Positions 26,105-40,620 of a DNA stretch of 64,000 bases are shown here, piece after piece. The stretch is from Octopus sinensis (taxonomy: Eukaryota): the NCBI RefSeq assembly GCF_006345805.1, contig NC_043012.1, positions 38,130,001-38,194,000 on the forward strand. Reading direction: 5' to 3'. Below the pieces are notes generated by a model, which was given only the letters and a program-made list of their open reading frames with translations, had not been told where the DNA came from and did not search any database. Position numbers and translations under genes: made by a program. How positions within the stretch are numbered: the stretch's first letter is position 1; every line of letters begins with the position of its first letter.

Positions 26105-26558
26105 ATTATATATATATACATATATATATAACATATACATATATATATATACCAAGCTACAGTAGTGAAACCATTCAACAAGTTAATAGCACTTAATTCG
26201 TAGAATAGTTTGATGTAGACTTTGTACACTAATTAATGGGACAGAAGCTTCTATTCCATTAATTACAAATCTCCCCCTCTCCTCCTCACACACGCATTGA
26301 ATTTTAAGAGAGAGAAATGTCTGGGTGAGTTAATTTAAAAATGCTTAAATTCAACAGAAGACAAAGCAAGCCTGCTTTATATATTCATGGGCTTCCTTTT
26401 CCTAATGATTTTTAAGAATAACTACTGTTCATTTCCTGCTTCCTTTCTTCTTAAATTTAACTGCTTTTAAATGAAATTTTACTTGGGGAATACTTCTTAA
26501 TTTTTCAATTTTTTTCATTTTCTTTTTTTCTACCTTTTATTTTTCTTAAACTACCCCG

Positions 26559-26915
26559 TTGCGCACAAAGGGCTAAACATAGAGGGGACAAACATCGGTG
26601 GAATTTGAACTCAGAACATAAAGACAGACGAAATAACGCTAGCATTTCGCCCGTCGTGCTAACGTTTTCTATTTCTTTATTGCCTATTTCTTTATTGCCC
26701 ACAAGGGGCTAAACATAGAGGGGACAAACAACAACAAACAAAGAGATTAAGTCGATTACATCGACCCCAGTGCCTAACTGGTACTTAATTTATCGACCCC
26801 GAAAGGATGAAAGGCAAAGTCGACCTCGGCGGAATTTGAACTCAGAACATAACGACAGACGAAATACGGCAACGCATTTCGCCCGGCGTGCTAACGTTTC
26901 TGGCAGCTCGCCGCC
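26559..26915 (-). mobile_element. SINE family A, one full copy plus one partial copy
   Basis: Minus-strand head ggcggcgagctgccagaaacgttagc...gagttcaaattccgccgagg (B box). Confidence 0.88.
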
Positions 26916-27319
26916 CTGTACACTGTATATATATTGGATTACTTCCAGGTACTGTCAGTGGCATCTCATATTTGTATTGGGGAAGCAGGGTATGTGCCCA
27001 AAGTGTGGCGGAACTTGAGTTCTTGTGCAGAGAATGCAACTCCTTAATTTATAGACAAGAAATGATGACGATATCTGGAAAAATAAGAATCTGCAAAATA
27101 TTCTTAAGATTTAAAGGATGAAAACAAAAGAGGGTGCTTTCCTTTACAGCTAAAACATTGGTACCCAGCAAATGAGCGGTCAAAATTAAATTAAAAAGAG
27201 AAAAATAATACACACAAACACACACACGTACATACACACACATACATAATACATACAGACAGGCATATATATATATATATATATAAAATACATATTCATA
27301 CAAATATCTACTCACATAC

Positions 27320-27361
<42 letters not shown>

Positions 27362-27392
27362 GTATGTATATATATCTGTATCTCTATCTATC

Positions 27393-27462
<70 letters not shown>

Positions 27463-27470
27463 CTCTCTCT

Positions 27471-27542
<72 letters not shown>

Positions 27543-27924
27543 ATATATATATTAAATAAAGCGTGGATTGAAGAACAGATTGGGCATTGGACAAGATGTC
27601 TTTCCGGCTTTGATAAATTTAAGATTCATGTAAATTTCGATAGAAAGAGAGTTGAAAAAATATTCTCCGGGCAAGAATCTTTAATAAAATTTTATTCGAA
27701 TTACTTCCCTTAGTGATAACCCTCCCATTAAATACGTGTCCCGGGTTTCCTTCATCTGTGTGAATCAATGAAAAAATATATCATTTTCAGCACCTTTCGG
27801 ATATTTTCAGATTTCTAAAATTTTCACTTTAGAGGAAATTCTCTTCCATGAGGAAATGTGTTTCACGTCATCTCATTGACAAACACAGACACAGACACAT
27901 GCACACACACATAAACAAGTATGC

Positions 27925-28016
<92 letters not shown>

Positions 28017-28033
28017 GTCTGTCTGTCTGTCTA

Positions 28034-28085
<52 letters not shown>

Positions 28086-28247
28086 GGTTACGTATGTATA
28101 TAGGGAGAGTTTACAACAAAAATCAAGGAGAGAAACAGTGAGAGAAATGTATCTATATATTCATGAATGTATACATACACATGTATACATATACGTATGT
28201 TTGCATATATAAATATATTATATGCATACACATGTATGCGTGAATGC

Positions 28248-28286
<39 letters not shown>

Positions 28287-28649
28287 GTATGTGCTTATAC
28301 GTACAAAAAAGTTATGTACACATACACACACGTGTACACGCACAGGCACACACACACACACACACACCACACACACCACACACACAAGCGAGTGTGAACC
28401 AGTGCGCTGCACGTGTTAATATTAATGTATTATGTTTGTATTTTGTGCAAATCAAACGCACAAAGAGAAGCACACACACACTCACACACACACACACACT
28501 CTCTCTCTCTCCTCTCTCTCTCTCACACACACAAACACACACAGGCACGCATTCGTAAATAAACCTCTCCACAAAAAAGAAAATATGTGAATTATATTAT
28601 GTTAGAACTTCTAGAAATCGTACCTATTTTCTAAGTATAAAAGACTGAA

Positions 28650-28950
28650 AATAATAATAATAATAATAATATAATAATAATAATAATAATATCATAATAA
28701 TATAATAATAATAATAATAATAATAGTAATAATAATATAATAATAATATAATAATAATAATAATATTATAATAATAATGATAATAATATAATAATAATAC
28801 AATAATAATAATAATATATAATAATAATAATAATATAATAGTAATAATATATAATAATGGTATAATAATAGTATTAATAGTATTAATATATAATAATAAT
28901 AATATAATAATAATAATATAATAATAATAATTAATTATTATTATTATTAA
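28650..28950. repeat. (TAA)n microsatellite
   Basis: Direct reading. Confidence 0.95.
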
Positions 28951-29583
28951 ACTAGATGTATAAATGAATTTATTAATGTATGTTATTTTTATTCCTTGTA
29001 CAGAGAATATATTTTTATCGTAACAAATAGATTTATATTTGTATTGATATGTATAACAAAGGATATGTCTGTATTGTACAATACTCCGTATTGTATTGTG
29101 TTTTGAAAATGAATTCTGTTTTAGCTTAAAACGTCTATGTCGGTTTGGTTGTTCTTGGCAGAGAAATGAACAATAATAATAATAATAATATTAATAATGA
29201 TGATGATGATGATGATGATGATGTTTATTGTATTAGCTCAAGGCTGCAGCTTCAGGATGAGATGACGAGTTCATTTCATTAAGTATCTGTTACGATTGTT
29301 TCGTATTATCGACCCCCAGTATGAGATGTAAACGTCGTCATCAGCGGGATTTGAACTCAAAGGATATAAAGAACGTAAGGCATATGGAGCTAGCTCTGTT
29401 GACGGTCGATTCAATAGTAAAATACACAAAAATACAAAGACAAAAAACAAAACCAAAACAGAAACAACTGAAAACGAAGAAATAAAGAATAATTGTTTAC
29501 AGACTCTGCGACTCTGCAGCTTCTATGTTGAAGGAAAGAATAAGGATTTCAAACATATACGCAAAATCACAGATTTAGACAGA

Positions 29584-29622
<39 letters not shown>

Positions 29623-29679
29623 GTTATTAATAATAATATTACTATTGTTATTTTTGTTGTTGTTGTTGTTGTTATAGTT

Positions 29680-31063
29680 CTTGTTTCTAGAATTGAGCTC
29701 TGTTTTTAGTATTGATCTAACTCGTCTATAATATTCTTTTTTTATTTTCTCTTTCATTTGTGTGTGTTGTGTCTTATCTAGTTCATGGATTCCTAAGTAT
29801 TTGTAAGTTTGGCTTTGGTCTAATTCTCTTATTTCATTGGTTTTATCTAGTGTGATGTTGCTACTCTTAACTAGTTTTCCTCTTTTCATGGTTACTTTGG
29901 AGCATTTTTCTAATCCAAATTTCATATCTATTTCTTTGGTAAATCCATGAACTGTCTTTAGTAGTGTTTCCAGCTGTTTGTCATTTGCAGCGTATAGTTT
30001 TAGGTCATCCATATATAAAAGGTGGTTGGTCGTTTTGCCGTAACATTTATATCGGCATCCAGTTCTATTTAACATATCAGATAGAGGTGACAGTGCCAAG
30101 CAGAAAAGGAGTGGAGAGAGCGTGTCTCCCTGGAATATTCCTCTTCTGATGGGGATAGCTTTGGTTTTCATGAGTCCCTCTTTTGTTTGGAGCTGTAGCA
30201 CTGTTTGCCATTTATTCATAGGGTGTCCTATGTATTTTATAATTGTTGGTGCTACTTTGTTAATGGCTAGTGTTTCGAGGATCCATGTGTGGGGGATGCT
30301 ATCAAACGCCCTTCTTTAGTCGATCCAGGCCAAACTGAGGCCTTTCTTCTTTCTGTGGCTGTCTTCAGTTATGGCTTTATTGATCATTAGTTGATCTTTA
30401 CAGCCATATGAGCCTTTGCGGCATCCTTTCTGCTCTTCTGGAAACAGGTTGTTTTCGTCCAGGTGCTTGTTCAACCTTTGCGATATCACTGCAGTAAATG
30501 CCTTGTACATTGTAGGGAGACAGGTTATTGGTCTGTAGTTTTCTGGTTTTGCTGTCTCATTGGATTTGGAATTAAGATGGTTTTGCCCTTCGTGAACCAT
30601 TCAGGCATTGACTCTGGCTCTGCCAGTATGTTGTTAAAGCTTTCAGTCAGCTTTTTTGTGTATTCCTGGTAGATATTTCAACCAGAAGTTGGGGATCTTG
30701 TCATGCCCAGGTGTCTTCCAGTTGCTTTGTCTTTGCAGTGCCTTGGTGAACTCTTCAGTTGTTATGGGGGTCCAAATTTGCTCAGATGCTATGTTTGATG
30801 TTTTAATACTCCTGTTTTTGGTTGTTCATTCGCCGACCATATTCCTTTCCAGAATTCTTCCACTTCTGCTGTTGGTGCTGCAGTGATGTCTATTTTATTT
30901 TTGCCAAGTTCTTGGTAGAACTTTTTGGGGTTGGAGTTGAACTGTTTGTTTTGTTCAAAGAAACGTTGGCGTTTCTCATACCGGCGGATCCTTTGTGCTT
31001 TGGCAAGGATATCTTGCTTTAGCTTTTCTTTTACCTCAAGTAAATCTTTTTCTGTGATGTTGT
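29680..31063 (-). mobile_element. R4/Dong-clade RT fragment, truncated at both ends
   Basis: WKTPGHDKIPNFWLK, ENYRPITCLP, EEQKGCRKGSYGCKDQL, AWID, GIFQGDTLSP, LLYMDD, YKYLG, ELNSRNK; (TAA)n on the element strand at both ends. Confidence 0.93.
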
Positions 31064-31091
31064 ATTTATTATTATTATTATTATTATTATG

Positions 31092-31132
<41 letters not shown>

Positions 31133-31679
31133 TTGGATTTAGTATTATTCGAAATTATATGCAAAAACCAATTTTCTTTTCGCCGGGAACTTTTGAAGAA
31201 CCTTAGATATTTGCTTAGAGGGAGATCAAGCAAAAAATATCTGTTTTTACATTAAACTCTATTTTTTCTATTTACTTAAGCATAATCGCAATATGGCGGC
31301 ACGGATCGCCAAACTAAATAAACAAGAACAGAGATTTACGACACGTCAAGACACGACACAAAAAGTTGGTGCAAGTAGAATTCATATCGCTGAAACACAA
31401 AGAATAACAGTTGTCTGAATAATCCCAAAGGCACGTTTTGTTGCAACTGTAGGAAGAAAAGTACGAACCAAATAAAACAAAAAAACTGAGAAAAATATAC
31501 ATTTTGTCAACGTAAAATAACTTAGGTACGTTTAATGTCAGAAACATGTGTGGGGATTTTATCCACGTTCTTTTACTAATGCTACCAGCAATATAAAAAA
31601 GCAAGATAGGAGCTAATCTAATTGTAAATTGCCAAATCATAACAGTGTTGGACAAACTGTTTTCTAATATATGTTTCGG

Positions 31680-32225
31680 CTAAGATGGCGGTTGGTAGAA
31701 TCGCGATCACGCAGGACAAAAATAAGTGCCAGTTGAGAAGTGGGGTCGATGTGATCGACTTATCTCCTCTCCTAAAATTGCTGGTCCTGTGTGAAAATTT
31801 TAAACCAATATTTGTTCCGTCTAAGGTGGTGAATCGGCAGAATCGTTAGAACGCTGAACAAAATGTTTAACGGCATATCTTCTATTTTTACGTTTTGCGT
31901 TCAAATTCCGTCGACGTCAACTTTGCCTTTTAGTGTTTCGGGTATTGATAAAATAAGAACCAGCTGAACACTGGAGTCCATGTAATCACTCACCGCTTCC
32001 GCCGAGTTAGTGGCCTTGTGCCGAAATTTGAAACTAATATTTGTTTCGTCTAAGGTGGCGAGCTGGTAGAATCGCTTCGCGGCATTTCATCTGTCTTTAC
32101 GCTCCGAGTTCAAATTCCGCCGGGGTCTGCTTTGCCCTTCATCCTTTCGGGGTCGATTAAATAAGTACTAGGTACGCCCTGGGGGTTAATGTAATCGACT
32201 TAATCCCTTCCCTCAAATTCAGATC
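31680..32225 (+). mobile_element. cluster of three SINE family A copies
   Basis: Heads taagatggcggttgg, taaggtggtgaatcgg and taaggtggcgagctgg with shared core. Confidence 0.8.
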
Positions 32226-32514
32226 GTGTAGCACATCCCACTCCAAAGGTCCCCGAATAAGGGATGTTTAAGGATATTGAACGAAATATACATGTTTCCA
32301 AAGGTGTATTATCCAAACCCCAAAGAATTCATTTCAGCACATGGCTATTAAGATCCCCCCCACTACTTCTGCTTCTGATCAGAGTTGCACATATCGTCAG
32401 TCACCAAGGGACATGTTCAACTGGTTATGGTCAAACAACTGAGATTCTTCTTCTTCTTCTTCTTCTTCTTCTTCTTCTTCTTCTTCTTCTTCTTCTTCTT
32501 CTTCTTCTTTCTAA

Positions 32515-32700
32515 TGCACTGTGCTTAGCAGCATTTCATCCGTCTTTACGTTTTAAGTTTATGTTCCGTCGAGGTCGACTTTGCCTTTCATTCTCTCGGA
32601 TCGATAAAATAAGTACCAGTCGAGTAATGGTGTCGATGTACTCGACTTACCCCACCCTTTCCCGAAATTTCAGGCGTTGTGCTTATAACAAAAAAGATTA
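32515..32700 (+). mobile_element. SINE family A after (TTC)n
   Basis: gaggtcgactttgcctttcat...gataaaataagtaccag core. Confidence 0.8.
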
Positions 32701-33844
32701 ATTTTATTATTTATTCTTCTTGTTATTCTATTCATGTCCTTGTCATTTCGGGTCCTTCTTTTTTTTAATTATTTATAAAAATGATTTAAGTTGTTGGCGT
32801 ATAAAAATCTCTTAAATCAACAAAAATAAATCCTAAATCCACAGTTTGTAATAAAACACCATCGTCAGTTTTAAAAGAAAAAAACAGGATTATTTTATTT
32901 TATCCACACCTTTCCTACTCCATTTGTCTATCAGTCTGTCTGTCTGTATGTCCTTCTCTCTTCCCGCCCTCTCCTCCAACTCTTATTTTAAACCCCCGGT
33001 GACTACTTTCCCAAATATTAAATATGATGTTTGTATTGTCAGCTGACATAATCTGTTTACTTTCTTTCTTCGTTGTTAATTTAAAAAAAAATTCCTCTTC
33101 CCTCTCTCTTCTCTGATTCTTTCTCTCTTTTTCCTTCTGCCTGGCTCTCAGTCTCTTTCTCCCTCTTGCTCTCCATTTTCCATTTATTTTGATTTCTCAC
33201 CAACTCTGACATCTTAATTGTACGTCAGACGATATTTTGACGACCAGGCAGACACGTCTGCTCTAATATCATTTTGTCCTAATTTCAACAAACGTTTTTC
33301 CAAACATGCGCTCGCCCTACACATCACCACAAAAACAGGTGTTAAATGTTGCCTAGGAACACCATAGTGACAACCGAACAGATTAAACACTCACTTTTCT
33401 CACGTTACAAATTAAATATTTTGACAAGAGCTTCTTCAATTCTGATTGTGCAATGGGGACGAAGGTAAATTCGTTAGCATTTTTAGATTATTTCATATCT
33501 AGTCCAATCGATTCAGTTTCGATTCCTGTTTCAGTAGTTGGTGGTGATGACGGTGTTTAATCTGAGGGTAGCCCCGACCAAAGAGCTGACTAAGCTCCTC
33601 CAATCGTGAACATCATGTCGATATAGAATTATGCTGAGCTACTTTATTCAGTGTGTCCTCTTGTTTTGCCAAGTCGGCAGGGTGTAATTTGAAAAGAATT
33701 TGGTTGTTCTTTCTGGTAGATGAAGTGACCATTTCCTCACCTGTACTTTATTCATATTGTGCCATGTCATGAAGTGATGTGAATCTCAGTTGTTATTCTT
33801 TCACCCATGGCCGGCTGTTATCGAGAACACCTTTGGTTAAATAA

Positions 33845-34018
33845 TACTGGTTTCAAATTTAGGCACAAGGCCAGCAATTTCAGGGAGGTAAGTCGATTAC
33901 ATCGACCCTAGTGATCAACAGCTATTATTTCCTCAACCCCAAAAGGAATGAAAAGCAAAGTCGACCATGGCAGAATTTGAACGCAGAACATAAAGATGAA
34001 CGAAATACTGCCAGCTCA
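33845..34018 (-). mobile_element. SINE family A
   Basis: Reverse complement of the core, aaaggaatgaaaagcaaagtcgacc. Confidence 0.75.
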
Positions 34019-34327
34019 CTGTATTCTATGTTTAAAGGATATTTCAATCCTTTAAGATTATCAAAATTACATTGGATGCTATTTTTAAAATTTGAAATGG
34101 TAGAGTATGATTTAAAGCAACTTGGCTACTATTTCTATCAATTCGAGTCCCTATGTTGAGGTCCCTTAAGTAGAAAAGGATAAATGTTCTCAGAATTTTG
34201 TCAGTATTTTCCAAGGCCCCCAGTAATAATCGACAATATCATGACTTTGTTAACTTCACCAGAATTCAAGGATTTCATATTTCAAGTTAGTATAACGGTT
34301 TATTTTTTCTTTTTATCTTTTACCCCC

Positions 34328-34778
34328 TTCAGTTTTTGGACCGCAGCCCTGCTGGAGCACGGCTTTGAAGGATTTAGTCGAACAAATCAACTTTAGTACT
34401 GTTTTTCCTTTAAAGCCTAGTACTTATTCTATCGGACTCTATTTACTGAACCGCCAAGTTTCGTGGACGGAGACAAACCAATACTAGTGGTCAAGCGATG
34501 CTAGAGGACAAACGCAAAAACAAAACATGCACACATATAGGTGTATATACCTATACACACATACACATTCACACACACACATATATACACACATAACTAT
34601 ATAAATTATATATGTGTACGACAAGCTTCTTCCAGTTTCTGTCTTCCGACTCCACTCGCGAGAGTTTAGTCAACCCGGGGCTATAGCAGGAGAAGGTTGC
34701 CCAAGGCGTCGTGCAAAGAGACTGAACTCTTGACCACATGGTTGCGAAGCAAGCTTCTTACCACGCAGCCACGCCTGC
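34328..34778 (-). mobile_element. SINE family B, diverged
   Basis: Homologous to 38395-38866 throughout. Confidence 0.8.
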
Positions 34779-35030
34779 TTTTTCTCTTCCTTTTCATTTT
34801 ATTCAGACGTGTAATGGACCGACACCTGTCCATTACAAAATATAGTCTTGCTCCAAGTCAACGATTACAATATCCGGCTTGTATTTTATTCTTCTTTCAG
34901 TATGTATAGGAAAGTCCCTCAATAACTCCATTTCGTTGCTTTCGAGGGATGAAATTTTATTTCATAAAAAGGCATTTTTCTGTGCCAAAAACAAAAACAA
35001 ACATGAAAACAAAATCCATTCAATTCTTCT

Positions 35031-35130
35031 NNNNNNNNNNNNNNNNNNNNNNNNNNNNNNNNNNNNNNNNNNNNNNNNNNNNNNNNNNNNNNNNNNNNNN
35101 NNNNNNNNNNNNNNNNNNNNNNNNNNNNNN
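35031..35130. other. assembly gap (100 N placeholder)
   Basis: Exactly 100 N. Confidence 0.99.
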
Positions 35131-35358
35131 TTTTTGCAGGAGTATGGTATCATATCGTATGCTTTACGATAGTCAACCCATGCCACGCTCGGGTTTGTGT
35201 GTCTTCTCTTGCAGTTCCTGATAATTAGATTATAAATTAAGAGCTGATCCTTCCTTTCCCGGCTCCTCTTTCGGCACCTTTTCTGTTCAATAGGTAGAAG
35301 CCCCCTGTTTTCCAGGTGTCTATACAATTCACCGGCCAATACACCTGACATTAGTTTC
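35131..35358 (-). mobile_element. R4/Dong-clade RT fragment running into the gap
   Basis: [46 protein letters not shown]; preceded on its own strand by (TAA)n. Confidence 0.85.
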
Positions 35359-35377
35359 CTATTATTATTATTATTAT

Positions 35378-35750
35378 CAAGGCGACGAGCTGGCAGAATG
35401 GTTAACGCGATAGACGAAAAGCTTAGCTACGTTCTGAGTTCAAACTCTGTCGAGGTCGAGTTTGTCTTTCATCCTTTCGGTGTCGACTAGTCTCCTCCCT
35501 ACAAATATGAGGCTTTGTACCGCCAGTAGAAAGGTTTCTTCTTCTTCTTCTTCTTCTTCTAATTAAGGCTGCGAGCTGGGCAAAATGCTCAGCATGTCCC
35601 TCTTTACATTCTGAGTTCAAATTCTGCCGAGGTTTATTTTGCCTTTTATCCTTTCGAGGTCGATAAAATAAGTAGCAGTCATGCACTGGGGTCAATTTAA
35701 TAAATTTCCCCTTCCCCGAAATTGCTGGGTTTGTGTCAAAATTTGAAATC
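35378..35750 (+). mobile_element. two SINE family A copies
   Basis: aaggcgacgagctggcagaat and aaggctgcgagctgggc heads with shared core. Confidence 0.8.
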
Positions 35751-37144
35751 ATCATCATCATCATTGTCACCCGGTTTAACACCAGTTCCTGGTCCCAGGG
35801 TACATACTGCGGCGTTCACTTTACTGCACATGTTAGATCCGAGTCTACACTTTGAGGGTTTCTTTTTCCTTTCCTCCTATGTTTTGGAAATCCTGAAAAA
35901 TATAGTGGAAAGTAAAGGGGCCGTGAGCGTTACACTTTCCTTTCTGACAAGTTAACAACAGCAGCAACAACAGCGACAACGACAACAACACCGTCAACAG
36001 TAACAACAACTACAAGTATTAAGATGATGGTAAGGAAATGTAATTTAGAATATAAGAAGAACAGAGAACAAAATAATAGGAGAAGGTCAAAACGGTTTGT
36101 GATTGTACTGGAAATTGTATCGGAAGAGGTTAAGGAAATACAATAACGAGAGCGAAAGTAAATCTTATAAACACTGATTTGTTGGCGGGGGCAGGTATTG
36201 TAAGGGATATAATCAATACTAAATAAGTCTTAAATCATGGCGAGAATGAAAAGTTTGAATTTTAAAAATAAGAATAACGAAGAAGATACACTCAATATAA
36301 CAAAAAAACTTCGGTGTTGAAAACAGACATTATATTTCTGTCGTACAGAAATATATAATTCAACAGATTGATGTTACACGTTTTTATATAGTTTTGTGTA
36401 GCTTTCAATATCTTCCTATCTTGCTGCTTCTACGTAATCAGTCGCAATATATAGAATACGGACGTCGTGGGTAAACAGCAGCAGACAAAACAGTTTGCTC
36501 GGCCACTAACTGACTTCAAATTTTGCAGCTTTCATGTATATTCTTTGATTTTGCTCGATTAAATTTATAAGGCGGCGTGGCGGAAGGAGCCTTGACACGT
36601 CGGATTAAATAGCGGTATTTCATTCGCCTTTTTACGGTTTAAGTTGTGTTCTTTACAATTACAATTTTTTTGTAATTGGTAACCATAAGGATAAGAAATT
36701 CGTAAATATTAGAGAAGTTTTTAACTAAGTATAAATCAACATTTCTGATCCTCATAAAATCAGATTGGTCAGGCGTTATTTTCCCATTCAGTGGTTAAAA
36801 GAGACGAAGAGACAAAATATCATTGCCACACAATGACCTCCGGGTAATCTCTTGCATTTGGATATTTGAAAAGAAAAGAAAAAATAAATTAAGGTGCATT
36901 TATAATTAACATTGAAGATGATGTAGCTTTTATTCACTGAACTCATTTGACGACTTTCGTTGTATGCTCAGAATGTCAAACATATGAAACGAAGAAAGCC
37001 ATAATTGAAATACAGAATTATATATCTTACCGAATAGTTGATGTGTGTGTATATTCTATGACATATATATATATATAGATATACACACATACTTAGCAAT
37101 ATATTATACATTATACATTATATATATATATGCATATGTATATA

Positions 37145-37217
<73 letters not shown>

Positions 37218-37805
37218 TATACATATCTATATATATATGTATGTATACATATATATATAATCATATGTCTATCTGTATACATACATATATACATGCATAT
37301 ATATACATATATAAATTCTTATGTATGTGCATGCGTATATATATATATATATATATGTGTATATATAAATATATATATTGTGTAGGTAAGGTAAAATAGA
37401 AGGTAAGGTTAGACTACAAGACGTGTCTTCCTGAAGTCCGTCTGCTCCTTCGAGTATTACATTCCAGCAGGTATTCATTGTAGCTGATATATTTATGTGA
37501 GGTCCGACGCGTTAGAGTTGAACATCTGGAAATATTGTTTGTAAAGAGATCATATATTGAAATGAGGAGTTGGAAACATGTTTTGGTTTTATTTATTCCC
37601 CATTACACATGTTTCGTTTGCTAATAGGAAATAGAAAAATTCTACACGTAGGATAAACGTGTACGAAATCTACTGTTAGACATTTTTTCTGACAGAGAAA
37701 AAAGTAACAAAAGTATTATCTAATGAAATGTGTGTGTGTGTGTATGTATGTATATATATTTATATGTATACATATTTACATGAATGTATTTATATTTATA
37801 TGTAT

Positions 37806-37841
<36 letters not shown>

Positions 37842-37901
37842 CATACAATACATACATGCGTATGTCTATAGATACAGACATATATATCTGTAAGATATAC
37901 A

Positions 37902-37942
<41 letters not shown>

Positions 37943-37945
37943 ACT

Positions 37946-37981
<36 letters not shown>

Positions 37982-38394
37982 TGGTGTGTGTGTGTGTGTG
38001 GTGATGGTGTGTGTGTGTGTGTGTGTCGGTCTGTCTGTGTGTGTGTGTGTGTGTGGAAAAAAGTCAGATAGAAAATGCTAAAATAATTTTATAAAAAACA
38101 TTTCAATACCGGTTTAGTCATTGACACCTTTTCAACTGTAAATATGGAAAGCAATTAAATTTTGGAAAAATTAAAAGAAAAGTATATTTTAAAAGAATAT
38201 TTGCATAGCATTCAAATACAAGTTGCATTATCCTTGTTTCTGCCTGTCTCTGTCTCTCTTGTTTACTCTTGTGGGTTCGAGGTCGTTGTGAATTCTTGGT
38301 AGGGAAGAAGAAGAAGAAGGGGAGGAGGAGAAGAAGAAGAAGAATATACACACACACACAATATATATATGTATATATATATATATATATATAC

Positions 38395-38632
38395 TCTTTT
38401 TTACTCTTTTTTTACTCTTTTTTTGTTTCAGTCATTTGACTGCGGCCATGCTGGAGCACCGCCTTTAGTCGAGCAAATCGACCCCGGGACTTGTTCTTTG
38501 TAAGCCCAGTACTTATTCTATCGGTCTCTTCTGCCGAACCGCTAAGTGACGGGGACGTAAACACACCAGCATCGGTTGTCAAGCAATGCTAGGGGAACAA
38601 ACAGAGACACACAAAACACACACACACACACA

Positions 38633-38681
<49 letters not shown>

Positions 38682-38866
38682 ATATATATATATATACATA
38701 TATACGACAGGCTTCGTTCAGTTTCTGTCTACCAAATCCACTCACAAAGCATTGGTCGGCCCGGGGCTATAGCAGAAGACACTTGCCCAAGATGCCACGC
38801 AGTGGGACTGAACCGGAACCATGTGGTTGGTAGCAAGCTACTTACCACACAGCCACTCCTGCGCCT
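38395..38866 (-). mobile_element. SINE family B, full length
   Basis: Reverse complement of the 23047-23510 layout. Confidence 0.92.
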
Positions 38867-39407
38867 ATATATATATATTATATATAATATATATATATAA
38901 TATATTATATATATATATATACACACCACCACACACACCCACACACACAACATATATATATTTATATATATGCTTATGTGTATGTACGTAATTACGTATG
39001 TATATATACTTCTGGAATGTCACTGTTAATAACTTGCTTTCCATACAGAGTCTTTTCACAATAAATGTTTCTTACATTCAGGTGTTACATACCACATCAC
39101 CAGAACCAAAATCGTTTCTTAATATGTGATGTCGTTTTATAAATTGTAATAACTTATTGGAAAAATTACTGGGCTCCTGTAGCATAATTGGAAAATGTAG
39201 TATAGTAGTAGCATGAAGTGGTGTATTTTAGTTGTTGTTGTTGCTGCTGCTATCGTTGCTGTTTTCGTAGTTGAAGTCACCTTGTAAATAGGTTAAACCT
39301 CATTTTGGCAATTAATAATCTCTATCTCTCATTTCGTTCTCCGACATTTATACATGTACAGTCTCTCTCACACACATACTCCATTTCACTCGCAAAAGTA
39401 CATACAC

Positions 39408-39438
<31 letters not shown>

Positions 39439-39666
39439 ATATATATATAATATATTGTGTGTGTTGTGTGTGTGTGTGTGTAAATATATATATATATATA
39501 TATGTATATATATGTATATATATGTATAAATATATATATATATATATGTATATGTGTGTGTGTGTGTGTTAACAACAAACAAGATGAGAACAAATGTCCG
39601 TCAAATATAAATAATGTAAATAATGTAAATAAAGCACATTTCATTTTCAATATTTAATAGAATCTA

Positions 39667-40620
39667 CAGAGAGAATTTATCATGAAGTCCCGTTTCCAAA
39701 TTGACGACCATTCTAGTCCAGGCATTGCTGCCAACGCAAAGTAATTGAGTTGCAAACATCAAGAAACAGTTCATATTTGTGAACATTTTCGTTCAATGGT
39801 TGCGCACAATACGCCGAATGTTGCCAGTTTTGTACCATAAACTTTATATATGAAGTATTCCTTTACAAGAAGTATAGTAGTGTAAGGTCAATCCACTCGT
39901 CTGGCAAAATTTCAAGGGCAGCATTTTACGTTACAATCGTTGTATAGGGTTGCCCTTTTTAGCTGAAAATAAAATGTCACATCCTGAAAGTCCTCTTGAA
40001 TGCTTGACATGAGGGATTGCCGCGGCAATTTCAAGTAAACAAGACCAGTCACAATGCCGTCAAAGAGAATGGTCCAGTTAGCTCTTTTGATGATAAGGCG
40101 CACCATACAGCAACTCTTGCTAAATCAACGTGATGTTCATCCGTAATATAAAGATTCTCAGTTCCTCAGTGGACGCGATCGTGATGTTTCATTGAATTAT
40201 TTTATTCAAATGTAGCCTCATCACTCCATACACTCTTCTACACATCTTGCCAAGTACCACACACAAAACTCTATTCTTCGTTTCTGATCACACACGGACT
40301 TTTCTTGAAAAGCATTTTCTAATGACAACGCTTTCAAGAATGCGATGGATATTTGGTTTTGACAATTCCCTTCTCATGACTCGCAGATTTCATTGGGCTT
40401 TGGCAATACTTCTTATCGTTTGGGGGAGTGCGTCGATGTAAGCGATCTTCCGAAACTGTAATTGTGCACATTCTGAACAGTTCTATCTGCCTCAAACATA
40501 CCTCTAATTCAAGTAGCCTAGGTGGATCTGTTTGAAAGTTCTTCGATTGTACTTCCAAATTTCCTGTAGTACATTAAGACAAATTTCCTCTGATAAAAAG
40601 CTTTGTTTAGCTCCCTTCAT
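39667..40620 (-). pseudogene. decayed Tc1/mariner-superfamily transposase
   Basis: Across frameshifts: KRRIEFC..WSDEATF, VAVWCALSSKELTGPF.FDGIVTG.VYL, FYFQ, DLT..F, KVYGTK, RWQQCLD.NGRQF. Confidence 0.85.

Noticed and set aside
34879-35351. ORFs spanning the N run
   Set aside because: They cross a 100-N placeholder gap of unknown true size
37490-37625. aacgcgtc and GAAACATGTGTA hammerhead-like halves
   Set aside because: No CUGANGA core or stem I partner found nearby
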